Origin: Octopus sinensis
Taxonomy: Eukaryota
Length of the DNA: 64,000 nucleotides
Assembly (NCBI RefSeq): GCF_006345805.1
Contig: NC_042997.1
Coordinates: 102,796,001 to 102,860,000, forward strand
Direction of reading: 5' to 3'
In this document: one piece after another, positions 39,573 through 53,392 of the stretch
Layout: each line of letters starts with the position of its first letter
Position numbering within the stretch: the first letter of the stretch is position 1
Translations under genes and position numbers: made by a program
The notes under the pieces: model-generated
Database searches by the model: none
Told to the model about the DNA's origin: nothing
What the model saw: the letters and a program-made list of their open reading frames with translations, nothing else

Positions 39573-39955
39573 TCCTTTACTTGTTTCAGTCATTAGATTG
39601 AGGCTATGCTGGGGTACTGCCTTGAAGAAGTTTTAGTTGAATGAATCGACTCCAATACTTTTTTTTTAAACCTTGTACATATCCTATGTCTCCGCCAAAT
39701 TATGGGGACGTAAATACACCACCGTTGGTTGTCAGACGACGATGGGAGAACAAACAGACACAAAGATACACACAGGCGCCCGCACACATATATAAATACA
39801 ACGGGCTTCGTTCAGTTTTTGTCTACCAAGTTTACTTACAAGACTTTGGTTGGCCTGAGGCTATACTAGAAGGCACTTGCCCAAGGTGACTTTCACTGGG
39901 ACAGTACTTGGAATTATGTGGTTGGGAAGCAATCTTTTCACGACATAGTCACGCC
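39573..39955 (-). mobile_element. Diverged SINE family A
   Basis: Reverse-complement similarity along the full length. Confidence 0.7.
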
Positions 39956-40524
39956 TGGCTTCATTTACTTTTTATTCATTTTATTCGTATGTGTATGCTT
40001 GTGTGGTGAGTGAGTGTATGATAGGAGTGGCAGGTTTTATGTAGGAGGCCACTGTTAACTTCTTTGAAACGACGAACCGCCATGCACACCTCCTTTTCAG
40101 CTGTAGAAATAACTTCACTAGTGGAGTGTGTCCATACTCTAACAGGGAGTAGAGTCAACTATAGTTTGAAATGGTTGGTATGTGGTTTATTTTTTGTTAT
40201 CTGAGAAGTCTTTCAAAATGAATTGAATGTATTGTGAATATACATTGCTTAAAAAGAGAGGTCGTTTTTAGCAAACAAAATACAACAGCGATTAGCCTAA
40301 TTAGAGAATTGTCAGTGGGCCCTCTACTCTACAAAAGCTGAAGAATGAAGCTTTATGCTTCGTGTAATACGCCAGTCCCAGCCAGAAAGTGTCGAAGGCT
40401 TGAGGCGCCACAATGATATATGAAAAATTGAAAGCTCATATTAAAGTTTTAATGTTTTACTACAAGTCAAGATGATTACTGACAAACTGTATGTGAATTG
40501 GCCTTCTAAAAATAGACTTTTCTG

Positions 40525-40960
40525 GCTTTATTTTTTATCCGAGAAGTCTTTCAGAATCGTTTCAAAGTCAATGGTTCTTTTAATATCTTTTAATAATGGA
40601 TACAGGTTCGTGTGTCATATAGCTAGCTAAAGGCGATGGCCTCTTGGAGCTAATCAACGGCAGCTTTTGTCCTATATTTATGGACTGCCATATTAACTTG
40701 GCGATAACTGTTAATATCCAGTTCCGCTGCCGTAGTTTCCTTTACAGAGACTTAGAAATAATAATATTTCTATCCTTTAATATCATTTTCTATAAATATA
40801 ATCGCCAATTTATTTAATCTCCCCTGTGAAATTGTTGACCGTCGGTATGTTTTGATTAGTTTTAGGTTTGAAAAACTTCTTCACTTGATGTGTCTGTTAC
40901 AGGCATTGTTAAATAAATCCTCAAAGCAATAAAAACATTAGGAAATGTTTCATTCATCAT
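40525..40960 (-). pseudogene. hAT transposase C-terminal dimerisation domain remnant
   Basis: Minus strand encodes ETFPNVFIALRIYLTMPVTDTSSE/RSFSNLKLIKTYRRSTISQGRLNKLAIIFIENDI, then after an interruption DIKRTIDFETILKDFSDKK. Confidence 0.8.
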
Positions 40961-41794
40961 ATCATCCTCTGTTCGAGCGTGTTCGGGGAGCCCAGTGTAA
41001 GCAAATCTGTCTAATTGGCTTAAAACTGCTCCTGATTAGCACATTCACGTGTGAATATGCCGGGATGTACTAATGTATTCAGAATGAATATGTATACCAC
41101 TGCGTTGCTTTTCGCTGTCCTCCGTGTAAGCGACGATATATTATCGGGTTGGTAACATCAACATGCGTCAGCAAATAATTTGCTTGCTGATTCCATAAAC
41201 AAGTGCCAAAATTCTTGTTTTAACTCAATGATCCGGGGATGCTTTGACTGAAGAAACACAACCTGGTCGAAACACCACAATGTCTCAAAGTCTCCTTAAG
41301 TCTACGAACAGAGTGTTTCTGAAAGGAAAATAGCATATTCATTTTCGAATCTGCTTGAAGGTATTAAGAATGAATATGTACGTCATTTATGTATGTTATT
41401 ATTCAGTTTATTTCAAGATTTCTTGCCAATAGAGAAAGAACCGGTTTCTAACCTAGATCCAAGGTTTCTTCATTGGAATTTTAACATCAACAACAGACAG
41501 GGTATTTTTGTATGTATGTATGCTTTATATATGTATTCTCATGGATAGAGTTACATATCTAGGCATGCTCATATATATTTAAATGATAAATTTCTGGAAA
41601 GTTTTACAGATTTTTACAGTTCCAGTGATGGACTGGATCTCTAGCCTTCGAATTAGCTTTCTCCTTTCTGGTTTTGAGAAGCTTAATTTCTCAAGATTGA
41701 TATTTAAGCAGTGTGTTACATATCCCAGGGTTCCAATAATGACAGGTATAAACCTGAACTTGTATGTATGTATGTATGTATGTATGTTTGTATG

Positions 41795-41828
<34 letters not shown>

Positions 41829-41889
41829 TGTATGTATGTATGTATGTATGTATGTATCTATCTATCTATCAAATAAAGAAACATATCTA

Positions 41890-42253
41890 TCGGAAAAATT
41901 CAATCGTCATTAAGAGTGACTAAAGGTGCCGAAACACTTACATTGCCAGAAATAGTAGTTAAAATACTCTTAATGCTGTAAGAGGTGTACAAGTATATAC
42001 ACATATACTGACAGAAGAGGTGACCACCCCATGACCAACTGGAGACTCGATCAGACTGGAGAATCGATCATAGTTTCATCTATACCGTAGGCATCGTACA
42101 AGCGAAACTAGGCCTAGTCTGGTCGATCATGGGGCGGTTGCCTCCCCTGTTAGTAAATGAGTACATATTTTTGCCCCTCTTACAGCATTAAGAGTATTTT
42201 GACTATTATTTCTAGCAATGTCAGTGCTTCGTAGTGACAATTGAATTTTTTCC
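41890..42253. mobile_element. About 365 bp palindromic MITE-like foldback
   Basis: aaaatactcttaatgctgtaagagg pairs with cctcttacagcattaagagtatttt, and ggaaaaattcaat with attgaattttttcc. Confidence 0.75.
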
Positions 42254-42340
42254 TTTATGGTATCCCATTGTGCCTAGCTGTTTACACGCAAACAAACGCT
42301 CGCACGCACGAATGTACACACACGCACACACACACACACA

Positions 42341-42393
<53 letters not shown>

Positions 42394-42657
42394 TGAGTGT
42401 ATAGGAATAAAATTATTTAGGCGGGTACCGTGGTAGCTCTCAGGTATATTCCAGATTACGGCTAACCGCTTCAAGTAGTACTAAGCTTTAATGATCGCTA
42501 AGTATTAGCAATCTCGCTGTAATTCTTCCGATAGGTTTCCTTCCCTGTATTATGAATATTATCAGGATATTATCAGATTTCAAACAATTATGAAGAATAC
42601 GGAGATCGGTACATCATTATGTTATATTTTTTATTTTACAGTTGGCTATACAGCATA

Positions 42658-43154
42658 CAGTGATCCCTCGCTACTTCGCGGTTCAACTATCGCGGATTCA
42701 CGACTTCGCAGATTTTAAAAATATATATATATGGACGCCTAAAACTTTTCATTAAATCCATTAAAATATTAATAATAAATATTATTTCCTAGCCTAGGAA
42801 CAACAAAACAAGCGTAAAATAGCAAAAAAGCATATACAGGGGTATTTGAACTTAAGACGGGCTGTGATTGGTGCAATGGAGAGAGACGACGAATCTCAGC
42901 TTTTTATTTTGTAATCTGGCCTGTGTAACAGTAACAATTTTTATTTTTTTAAATCTAAAGTGTTATTGCTTAACAGTTGTCCTTGTTATTAATATACTAT
43001 TGTAGTGGGTGGGTTGTTACCAGTACAGGGAGGATTTTAAAAGTCCAAATACACGTTAAATAAATACTGTAAATATGGTGTCCCTACTTCGCGGAAATTC
43101 AGTTATCGCGGCCGATCTCGGAACCAATCTACCGCGATAAACGAGGGATCACTG
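42658..43154. mobile_element. Tigger/pogo-like (Tc1/mariner) MITE, 497 bp
   Basis: TA-CAGTGATCCCTCG ... CGAGGGATCACTG-TA, with repeated subterminal ttcgcgg motifs. Confidence 0.85.
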
Positions 43155-43385
43155 TAATTATTTGGTTAGAATGACCGACACGGCATAATCTTCTGTGCAC
43201 CTTTATTCAGGGTCCTTCAGCGAGCGTGGTTCAAAGCGAACTAAATTACTTTATTTACATGTGGCTAGTTTAAGATAGCAAGTGAAGTGACGAGTGATAT
43301 GTTGAAATCTGATAAGGCTATAAAATCAATAACTACGGTGACTTCTACTTAACATCAGTTCAGAGCAGCAAGCGAGAATTTTCTC

Positions 43386-43771
43386 TAGTGTTTCTCAACC
43401 ATACGATTCTTTTTATCCGAGAAGTTTTTCAGAATCGTTTCAAAGTCAATGGTTCTTTTAATATCTTTTAATAATGGATACAGGTTCATGTGTCATATAG
43501 CTAGCTAAAGGCGATGGCCTCTTGGAGCTAATCAACGGCAGCTTTTGTCCTATATTTATGGACATATTTATTATATGTTTCTCAACCATATGATTCTTAT
43601 TTTATTCTACTGGACAACCATAGCCATCCAATGTTTTAAAAAATCCTATTATATTTTTATAATAATATATTATAAGGAATTGTTAAAAAAATTAATAAAA
43701 TATTTTGTGTGTTGTAGAAGTGTACCCAATTCATTGCATGGGCCATGTGGGCCTCGGTTGAGAACCATTGA
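43386..43771. mobile_element. hAT-type MITE carrying a copied local segment
   Basis: TIRs tagtgtttctcaacc and ggttgagaaccattg. Internal 43410-43563 matches 40532-40685. Confidence 0.6.
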
Positions 43772-44371
43772 TTAAATTTTAATCTATGTTGAATTAGGTC
43801 AAATCGTATGTATCCCAGGGTTAAAGGAGATTGAAAAGAATTGGAGTTAAACTTAATTATGTCGATAGGGTTCAGTCAATAAATATTCTAGTCGGGCTTT
43901 TTACAGTTGAGTTTAAGCTTTATTCATGTTTCCATATCTTTATGTGTTGCTATCGTTTAAAGGAAAAAAAAGAAACAAAAAAGAAAAAAGGAAGATATTA
44001 TAAATAAATAAATAAATAAATAAATAAACAAACAAAAGGTTGAGAAACTTTGGATTGCAGTTAGGATTCATTATTAAACGAGGGAAAAGAAGAACTAAGA
44101 ACATAATTCAAGGAAATATCGAGAGAAAAGTGAAAAGTGAAAAAGTCATGGCTGGTTTTACCGGGGTGGGTGGGTGGTAAAATAAACAGATTGAAATTCC
44201 ATGTGTATGCATGTATGTATGTATGTATGTGTGTATGAATGTATGTGTTCGTGTGTATGTATGTATGTATGTATGTATGTATGTATGTATGTATGTATGT
44301 ATGTATGTATGTATGTATGTATGTATGTATGTATGTGTATGCATGTATACATGCATGTATGTATGTATATT

Positions 44372-44530
44372 CATGCTTGGCTGTATGGTAAGAAGTTTGC
44401 TTCCCGGTCACATGATTTAGGGTTCAGTCCCACTGCGTGGCACCTTGGTCAAGTGTCTTCTACTATAGCCTCAAATAAACCAAAGCTCTGTGAGTGGATT
44501 TAGTAAACGGAAACTGAAAGAAGCCCGTCG

Positions 44531-44590
<60 letters not shown>

Positions 44591-44875
44591 AAGAGCATTT
44601 GAAATGATTTTTAAATAAAGAATTGACTGCTTCTCAATACAGACACACACACGTATGTGTGTGTGTGTATATGTATATGTATGTATGTATGTAGAATGTA
44701 TGTATATATATATATGTGTGAGTGTGTGTGTGTGTGTGTATGTGTGTGTGTGTGTATCTTCGTGTCTGTGTTTGTCCCTCACCACTGCTTGACAACCGAT
44801 GCTGGTGTGTTTATGTCCCCCGTAACTTAGCTGTTCGGCAAAAGAGACCGATAGAATAAGTACCAGGCTTTAAAA
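44372..44875 (+). mobile_element. SINE family A with expanded internal microsatellite
   Basis: Family A head and body. Confidence 0.75.
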
Positions 44876-46099
44876 ATAACAATGGTTGATCTGCTAAAAT
44901 TTCTACAAGACTTTACACTCCATGTTCTGAAATTATAAAGAATTATTTACTGACAGTAACTTAACAAGTTGGTATTTTCTTTTATCTTCCACCTGTTTCA
45001 CTCATTGGGTTGCAGTCATGCTGGGGTACCGCCTTGAACAGTTTTGTTGAGCATATCAACCACAGGACTTTGTTTCTTTCCAAGCCTAGTAGTTATTCTC
45101 TACTTTCAGAAATACGCTACACTGCCCTATTCCCCCAAATAGGGCAATCCCTCTGATCTACCAGTTATCGTCGTATAACACTCACTGCCAATATCGTAAA
45201 AGATAATGTAGACAACCTAGCCATAAGCAACATTCTCCAACCCCTTGAATCTCTCTCTCTCCCTCACTGTCTCTATCTCTCTCTCTGTCTATCTATTTCT
45301 GTCTCTCTCGCTCGCTTGCTCTCTTTCTCATCTTTATTACGACCACCATTACAGACTTTGTGAGGGCTAAAATATCAACCAGGGAGAGGAGTACTTGACG
45401 ACATCAATGCCCACGGTCACGGAGGACCGACGAAAATCATAGACACAACTCTTTCTTCCGAGCCTAGTCACCGTAAGTAAAAAGAAAAATACTGTCTTTT
45501 GGTAAGTGATTGTGACATTCACATACTCAACCCACCACCATCACCACCACTACCACCCACACCACAAATAACATGTAAATTATATAGATATAAGAATGAC
45601 TTGTATAGTGGTCTTGTATGCCTTCTGTATACAACTAGTAGCTTGAATCAATATATTGTTTTGCAAATAAGTAGCAGATACATAGAAAGGAATTAGTGTT
45701 TCGTTTAAAGATATTGAGAAGCAGTCAATTCTTTATTTAAAAATCATTTCAAATGCTCTTCTTATGTTGGCTGTTGCCCGAATGGGGTAGGTCGGTGGGG
45801 AATGCAAGTTTACAAGAGGTTCTGAAAGATTGCTGTGTCCTAATGCTCTAAGTGACCAATTATATGGCTGTAAAACTATCTAATATTACACATCCTGTAT
45901 GCTACACTAAAAGAATTTTATTTAGTAGCTAAGTGGACGGAGTGGTGATGGGTGATAATTAACACAATTTGCTCATATGTTTCATGTTATATTGATAGAG
46001 CTATGGAGATGGCTGAATAAATACGGCACCAGATTAGTAGCTTTACTGTAACTACTTCACATTTTTGCTTTCTGAGTTGGAATTTTGCTAGAGTCGATT

Positions 46100-47065
46100 A
46101 AATAATAGTTTCAAATTTTGGCAGATGGCCAGCAATTTGTGGGGAGTGGGATAGTCGATTACGACTAGTACTTCATTTTATCGCCCCTACCCCACCACCG
46201 GATGGGTGAAATGCAAAGTTGACCTCAGTGGTATTTGAGTTCGGAACGTAATGAGCCGGAAGAAATGCTGCTAAGTGTTTTGTCCGACGCCCTAGCAATT
46301 CTGCCAGTTCGCCGAATTTATAATGGTTTCAAATTTTGGAAGGGGTAAGTCGATTACATCGACTCCAGTATTCAACTGGTACTCATATTATCGACCCAAA
46401 CAGGATGAAAGGCAAAATCAACCTCGGTGGAATTTGAACTCAAAACGCAAAGACGGACAAAATGCCGCTAAGCATTTTGTCCGGCGTGCTATCGATTTTG
46501 CCAGTTCGCCGCCTTCAAATATGTTCTTTCTACTGTAGACATAAGGTTTGAAATTTTGGGCATTTGTATGGGCCCCGGTGCTCAAAAGGTACTTTATTGA
46601 TTCCCGAAAGGGAAGAGAGGCATAATCGACTTCATCACCTTAGTAATGGTCTCAGATTTTGGTACAAGGGCGGTTTTAAGGGAAGAGGATTACTCGATTT
46701 CATTGACTCCATTGCTCAACTAATATTTATTTTATCGACCACCAGAGGATTAAAGGCAAAGTCGATATCGGAGGAATTCAGTCAACTAAATCCCTTCTCT
46801 AACAAATGTTAACATCTATTGAGTTAAATTAGAAATTTATATTAGTTACGGACAGTAAGGTGGTGATCTTGTAGAATCATTAGGGCGTTGGAGAAAATGC
46901 TTAGCGGCATTTCTTCCGCCTCTTAACTTTCTAAAGCTGTTGACTTTGCCTTTCATCCTTTCGGTGTCGATAAAATAAGTACCAGATGAACATTTGTATC
47001 GACGTAATCGATTAAATCCCTCCCCTTCAAAATTGCTAGCTTTTTCCCCGAAATTAGAAAGAATT
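46100..47065. mobile_element. Cluster of diverged SINE family B copies (minus strand about 46110-46790, plus strand 46857-47065)
   Basis: Repeated gatgaaaggcaaa..cgacct/ggaatttgaactc motifs and their complement. Confidence 0.65.
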
Positions 47066-47541
47066 ATTTACTGATCGTAAGTTAACAGGGTAGTATCTTT
47101 TATCTTCCACTTGTTTCACTCATTGGGCTGCAGCCATGCTATGGGTACCACTTCAAAGATTTCTTCAGTCGAACTACTAGATTATGATGACGTAAACAAA
47201 TCAATGTCAATTGTCAAGAGATGATGGTTGGGCTGCGAACAGAAATAAAGCACACATGCACATATACACAGCAAGCTCTCTTTCCTGTCTTTTACGTGGT
47301 CAGTTTCCTGTTCACCATGCGGTATTTTCCGACTAACTGTTACCAATATACCAACATCAAACCACGATACCGAGTGACCTTCCTCTCGACCAATCGCAGC
47401 CCACCTTCTGTCATTCAAATTCAAAATGGCTGACGACTAGCACCACGCTTGAAACGCAAGAGTACTAACGAATTTGAATCAAACTGTTTTGATCCATACA
47501 TACATACATACATACATACATACATACATACATACATACAT

Positions 47542-47574
<33 letters not shown>

Positions 47575-47605
47575 AACATATATATATATATATAGATATA
47601 TATAT

Positions 47606-47659
<54 letters not shown>

Positions 47660-47660
47660 T

Positions 47661-47833
47661 AGGCGCAGGAGTGGCTGTGTGGTAAGTAGCTTGCTAACCA
47701 ACCACATGGTTCCGGGTTCAGTCCCACTGCGTGGCATCTTGGGCAAGTGTCTTCTGCTATAGCCCCGGGCCGACCAATGCCTTGTGAGTGGATTTGGTAG
47801 ACGGAAACTGAAAAGAAACCTGTCGTATATATG

Positions 47834-47880
<47 letters not shown>

Positions 47881-48080
47881 TTGTGTTTGTCCCCCTAGCA
47901 TTGCTTGACAACCAATGCTGGTGTGTTTACGTCCCCGTCACTTAGCGGTTCAGCAAAAGAGACCGATATAATAAGTACTGGGCTTACAAAGAATAAGTCC
48001 CAGGGTCGATTTGCTCGACTAAAGGCGGTGCTCCAGCATGGCCGCAGTCAAATGACTGAAACAAGTAAAAGAGTAAAAGA
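47661..48080 (+). mobile_element. SINE family A, young full-length copy
   Basis: Nearly identical to 36657-37008, with the full internal segment. Confidence 0.85.
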
Positions 48081-48192
48081 GTATATCAATAATAACAAAG
48101 GGTAAAATTAATTAATTAACAAGTAATCAATAATTTCACCAAGTAGAATTCGGCATGAAAAAGGACCATTTCACGGTAAACTTAAGTAATAG

Positions 48193-48510
48193 TTAATAAT
48201 TAGGGTTCAGCAAAGATTTGCTTTACCACATACCGAAGTTTAGAAATAGCGGCCAAAATATCTTAGCTATTTCTTCTACTTTAAAAAGGGACTCCCGGAA
48301 AAAAAAAATACTTGAAAACAATCCATACCGGCAGAGAGGAAAAGTACTTTTCGTTACTTTTCCTCTCTGCCGGTATGGATTGTTTTCAAGTATTTTGTTT
48401 TTTTCCGGGAGTCCCTTTTTAAAGTAGAAGAAATAGCTAAGATATTTTGGCCGCTATTTCTAAACTTCGGTATGTGGTAAAGCAAATCTTTGCTGAACCC
48501 TAATTATTAA
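48193..48510. repeat. Near-perfect 318 bp palindrome
   Basis: Arms 48193-48346 and 48355-48510 with an 8 nt loop, followed by (TA)n. Confidence 0.92.
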
Positions 48511-48593
<83 letters not shown>

Positions 48594-48869
48594 ATAATAG
48601 TTTGATTATAATGTTTCGCGGGTGAGTAGGATGGTATATCTCATCGGATATCTTCTGATATGTGATGAGATAAGTTCATTCCATGCATCTACGAAACTAG
48701 GTCATATAGTGTTGATTCTAACTTTTATTTAAAATATATGTAACTCCAACCAAATGTACTAAGTGCCACTTTTTTTTCGTTTGTTCACTTATTCGTATAT
48801 ACACACATACATACACGCATGCATGCATACATACATGAATACATACATATATACATACATATTCATATA

Positions 48870-48935
<66 letters not shown>

Positions 48936-50168
48936 GTCTATCTAACTATCTATCTAACTATCTATCTATCTGTCTATCTATTACTAAATTGATCTTTTAA
49001 GTTGAACTACATTTCTGTTGCCTGATGATGTACTTGAAATACCTATGGTAAAAAAATATAATCATGAGGACTTACTTAAAAACCACACAACTCAGGTGAA
49101 AATTTTCTCACAGACTTACACTACCCATTGACGTTATATTTATGTGAACGAGTGCTTTATCTTAGAGGAGGGATTAATGTACCATTTTTGTATTAGTATT
49201 AACTAGTTTTTTTATTGATCTTTTTCGTGTAATGAAGATTTTTATGCTCCAAAAACAATTTATCAGACTCTGATGTTATCAAGATAAAAATAAATATATA
49301 TCACGTACTGCAAACAGCTGGTACTGAAATTCATCTTTTATAGTACCGTTTTTTAAAAAAACTATTTAGTATTTAAACCGGCCTAATCCGGCCCAAATGT
49401 TCTACCCGTTTTACATTCAAACTAGCCAGTTCTGATCTCTTGCACTTACCCTGCAATGTCATTCTAACGGTTATATAATTACATAGCTAAAATCTCAAAG
49501 CTATGAGATAATGCTTGATTAATACTAAACGATAAGAATAAAGAAAGTTTACATTTGACTGAATAATCAGAATGCTGAAGGATTAAATCATTTTGTTTAC
49601 CTAGCTATAAAATAATTCCTCCACCGAAATTAGTTTTTATTTTTTACTGAGCTAATATCAGGAATGTAGTTCTTTTAGTAGGCGATATATTTCCTGATGC
49701 TGCCGCTTAGGAATTCGTACTTTCTTTGAGTGCTGCGAGATTAAAAAAGAAAATCCAGCTTATGTTGCTATGTGAAATGCTGAATAATAAATGAAATAAA
49801 GAATAATATAAACAAATGATATTAGATACTTTAACGAACAGCAAAAAGGCGGAATCGACCGAATTGTACTATGTACTACTATCAGAATTACTAATTTATT
49901 TTTATATTTTGCGTTCCAATCTTGGATACTATTCTTTTCTCATGTTTCCTCTATTAAGTGGGTGCAGAAACAATAAATATCAGTTATATACAGACGTGTG
50001 GCGGGGTATGAGTTTTTATATCCTCAATTCCTGACAGTGTTGTTGGGATGTCGTTGTGTCATTCGACATGTCTTGGATAGTTTAAATCTAGAAGAGCCTA
50101 TTTCTCTCTCCAAGTCTAAACACAGTGATTGCGACCAAAAAGAAAGTATATGCGCGCGCGTTTGAGAT

Positions 50169-50215
<47 letters not shown>

Positions 50216-52139
50216 CATTGACACATACATATATACATATGTACTCACACACTATTTGCACACGCATAGCTGCACGCGCACGCACGCTCAAACTCATATG
50301 CCCGAGAGAGGGGAGAAAGGAGAAAGAGAGAAAGAAGAATCGACCCCAGTACTTTATTGATTTCAAATTTTGGCACAAGCCCAGCAATTTCGAGAGAAGG
50401 GGTAAGTCGACTACATCGACCCCAGGGCTCAACCGGTTCTTATTTTATCAAAGGAAGAAAGGCAAAGTCGACATCCGTGGAATTTGAACTCACAACGTAA
50501 AAACGAACGAAGTGTCACTAACGATTCTACTACCATCTCACCGCTTTACCTTCTCTGAAGACTATTGATCCTGAAAGAATGCAAGGTAAAGATGAGGATT
50601 TGAACTTGGAACGAATACCACAACGCATTCAGTCTAAAACTCTAACGACCCAACTAATACTTTAAATTCGTGAGTAGAACCACTCAAATAATTGCAAGAT
50701 ACAAGTCTTACATAAAGTTTGGTTTTGTGTCACAGCAAGAATTTATCACTTCTGTAGAGTTATAGAAATGCTTTAAGTTCAAATCTTATTTGGATCATAC
50801 TGGATTTTTTTTTTGTCATTCAACGATGAAGGTTTCGCTTATAAGTTCCTATTTTATTTTTAGCCACAAGTCAGCATCGCTTAAACGAACCTATAATTAA
50901 AAGTTTTCCGTGTTATTATTATTCTTTTTTTTCAGATTTAATATGCACACACAGCCAACTAAAGAGAGTTCACTCCGGTGAATGGCATGAAGCTCGACTT
51001 TACATTCCAGCCTTTGGCTTTTGAGACATGCTGCTTCTTTCTCTATTACTTTTGTGGCTGCTATAATGGCCAGTGTTCCTCACTCTAGCTGCTTTAGTGC
51101 AACACTCTACTCAAGCTCTCTCGACACGCTCGTCTTCCTTCTCGTTACCTGTATTATATTTCTCGCTCGAGGCCTACTATCCTAACCTAACCTAACCACT
51201 GTGACCAGTCCTTATTTCTCTGTAAGTTTTTGTTTGATTATCTAGAATATCTTGCCTGTACATGTTTTCTTGCAACCGTCGATTTGTAACTCTCCAAGAG
51301 AAACCTTAATATTTTCGATGTCAACGGTCTAAGAAGGCCTAAGGATATAGGTTCAACCGCTTCAGATCGAGCACCACCACAAAAAAAAATAAAGAAAAAA
51401 GAAAAAAAGAAAATGTAAATACGAAGAAATCTTTGAGTATATGAATATTTCCTTTGGTAATGATACTTTTTTTTTAGCAATCATCATCATTACAACACTT
51501 TGCAATGCAATGAACAAAACTCCCTCTCTAATACTTACATTTTCATTTGCTTTCTCTCTAACCCTAAATCTTAATTATTGATAAACCAAACAACGTGTTC
51601 ATTCTCCCTCCCTATTCTCCGTATTCCTAATGTCATTCAGTTCAAAGCAACAGCAAAATATCGGTCACCTCCTCCGGCTGGTCCTTTCTCACGTTCCTCA
51701 TTAGCTGTTTTTAGATTTGGAACAGCATGCGGTGAAATTATTTTCTACGTACCGCATTCTTTAATAGTTCTTATTAATATACCTGCTTTTCAAAGAAAGT
51801 TCTCAGCTATTTCACTCATTTAGAAATTAATATTTAATCATACGATGCAACAGTGTGGGTCTCAGATACAGACAAGACTGGTCAATGAGGAAAAAAATGA
51901 TAGTTTATTTCAGAAATAGCTATAAATGACTCTTTTCATTATCCTATTAAGTAATTCATTAATTAATGTCATGAAGGCAGACAACCTAAAAACTGAAATA
52001 AATCAAAAACATAAATGAATGTATGAATAAATAAATAAATATAGATAGTGTTTGATATAAATTTAAAAGAAAATAAATATGTTTGCACAAAAATTTCGTA
52101 GACACGGTTGATACATTCCATATGCATGGTCTTATTGCA

Positions 52140-52447
52140 GCAACAACACCAATAACAACAACACCAGCAGCAGCAGCAACAACACCAGCATCATCATCAT
52201 CATCATCATCATCATCAGCATCAGCAGCAGCAGCAGCAGCAGCTATCACCCGATTCACAATTAACGGTCCTGACTATTTTAAAGAACTACATGGAAAGAA
52301 CAGAATTTCTTGCCTGAAATGTAGTCTTCCATGAAAAGATAATCTACCACCACCACCATCACCACCACCACCGCCACCACCTCCACCGCCGCCGCCACCG
52401 CCGCCGCCGCCGCCGCCGCCACCGCCGCCACCGCCGCCGCCGCCACC
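52140..52447. repeat. Compound trinucleotide repeats (CAA/CAG/CAT, CCA/CCG)
   Basis: Direct reading. Confidence 0.9.
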
Positions 52448-52743
52448 GGGCTAAACAAGAACTTGGGCTAAACAAGAACTGATGTTATATAACCAATTTC
52501 AGTGCGGCTGTCAACGCATCGGGGATTCTCAGATGTATCACAGTGTACCAACGTTGTGAGATCATTGTTTTAAGCGGCCTAAACATGTTTCCTATGAACA
52601 CATAAACCTGCGACTGATCATTTTTTCCCCGCACTCTCTCTTCCCCTCCTCTCTCTCTATGTATATTCATATATTAATTATTAGCGATGGAAGCAGTTTA
52701 ATACTAAAAGGTGATCTTTATATACAGCTTAACACGGTTGCGT

Positions 52744-52939
52744 TGTTGGAGCACCGAATACTGCGTTATGAGCCTTGAGAGATCCTCTCGTATAGCCGCT
52801 TGGTGCATAAAAGCGTACACAGATCGTAGCAAACGAAATTCGTCAGTCATGGCACCAGAATTTTTATATCATAGCACCCAGCGCTTATATGAGAGGATCA
52901 CTCAAAGCTAATAACGCTGTATTCGGTGTACTAATAAGG
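52744..52939. mobile_element. Diverged foldback MITE-like element, with a half copy at 53590-53668
   Basis: caccgaatac...gatcctctc pairs with gagaggatc...gtattcggtg. Confidence 0.6.
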
Positions 52940-52997
52940 TATACATTTGAATTGGATATAAAGATTACCGTTTGGTATTAATACAGCTTGTGTTTTT

Positions 52998-53392
52998 TTT
53001 TTACTTGTTTCAGTCATTTGACCGCGGTCATGCTGGAGCAACGCCTTTAGTCGAGCAAATCGACCCCAGAACTTATTCCTTGCAAGCCTAGTACTTATTC
53101 TATCGGTCTCTTTTGCCGAACCGCTAAGTTACGGGGACATAAACACACCAGCATCGGTTGTCAAGCGATGTTGGTGGGGGGACAAACACAGACGCACAAA
53201 CACACACACATATATACATATACATATATTCGACAGGCTTCTTTCAGTTTCTGTCTACCAAATCCACTCACAAGGCTTTGGTCGGCCCGAGGCTATAGTA
53301 GAAGACATTTGCCCAAGGTGCCACGCAGTAGGATTGAACCCGGAACCATGTGGTTGGTAAGCAAGCTACTTACCACACAGCCACCCTGCGCC
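52998..53392 (-). mobile_element. SINE family A
   Basis: Full-length reverse complement. Confidence 0.85.

Noticed and set aside
52083-52447. Poly-Ala/Ser/Pro tracts as a transcription factor exon
   Set aside because: Short ORFs with stops, no recognisable domain and no splice support.
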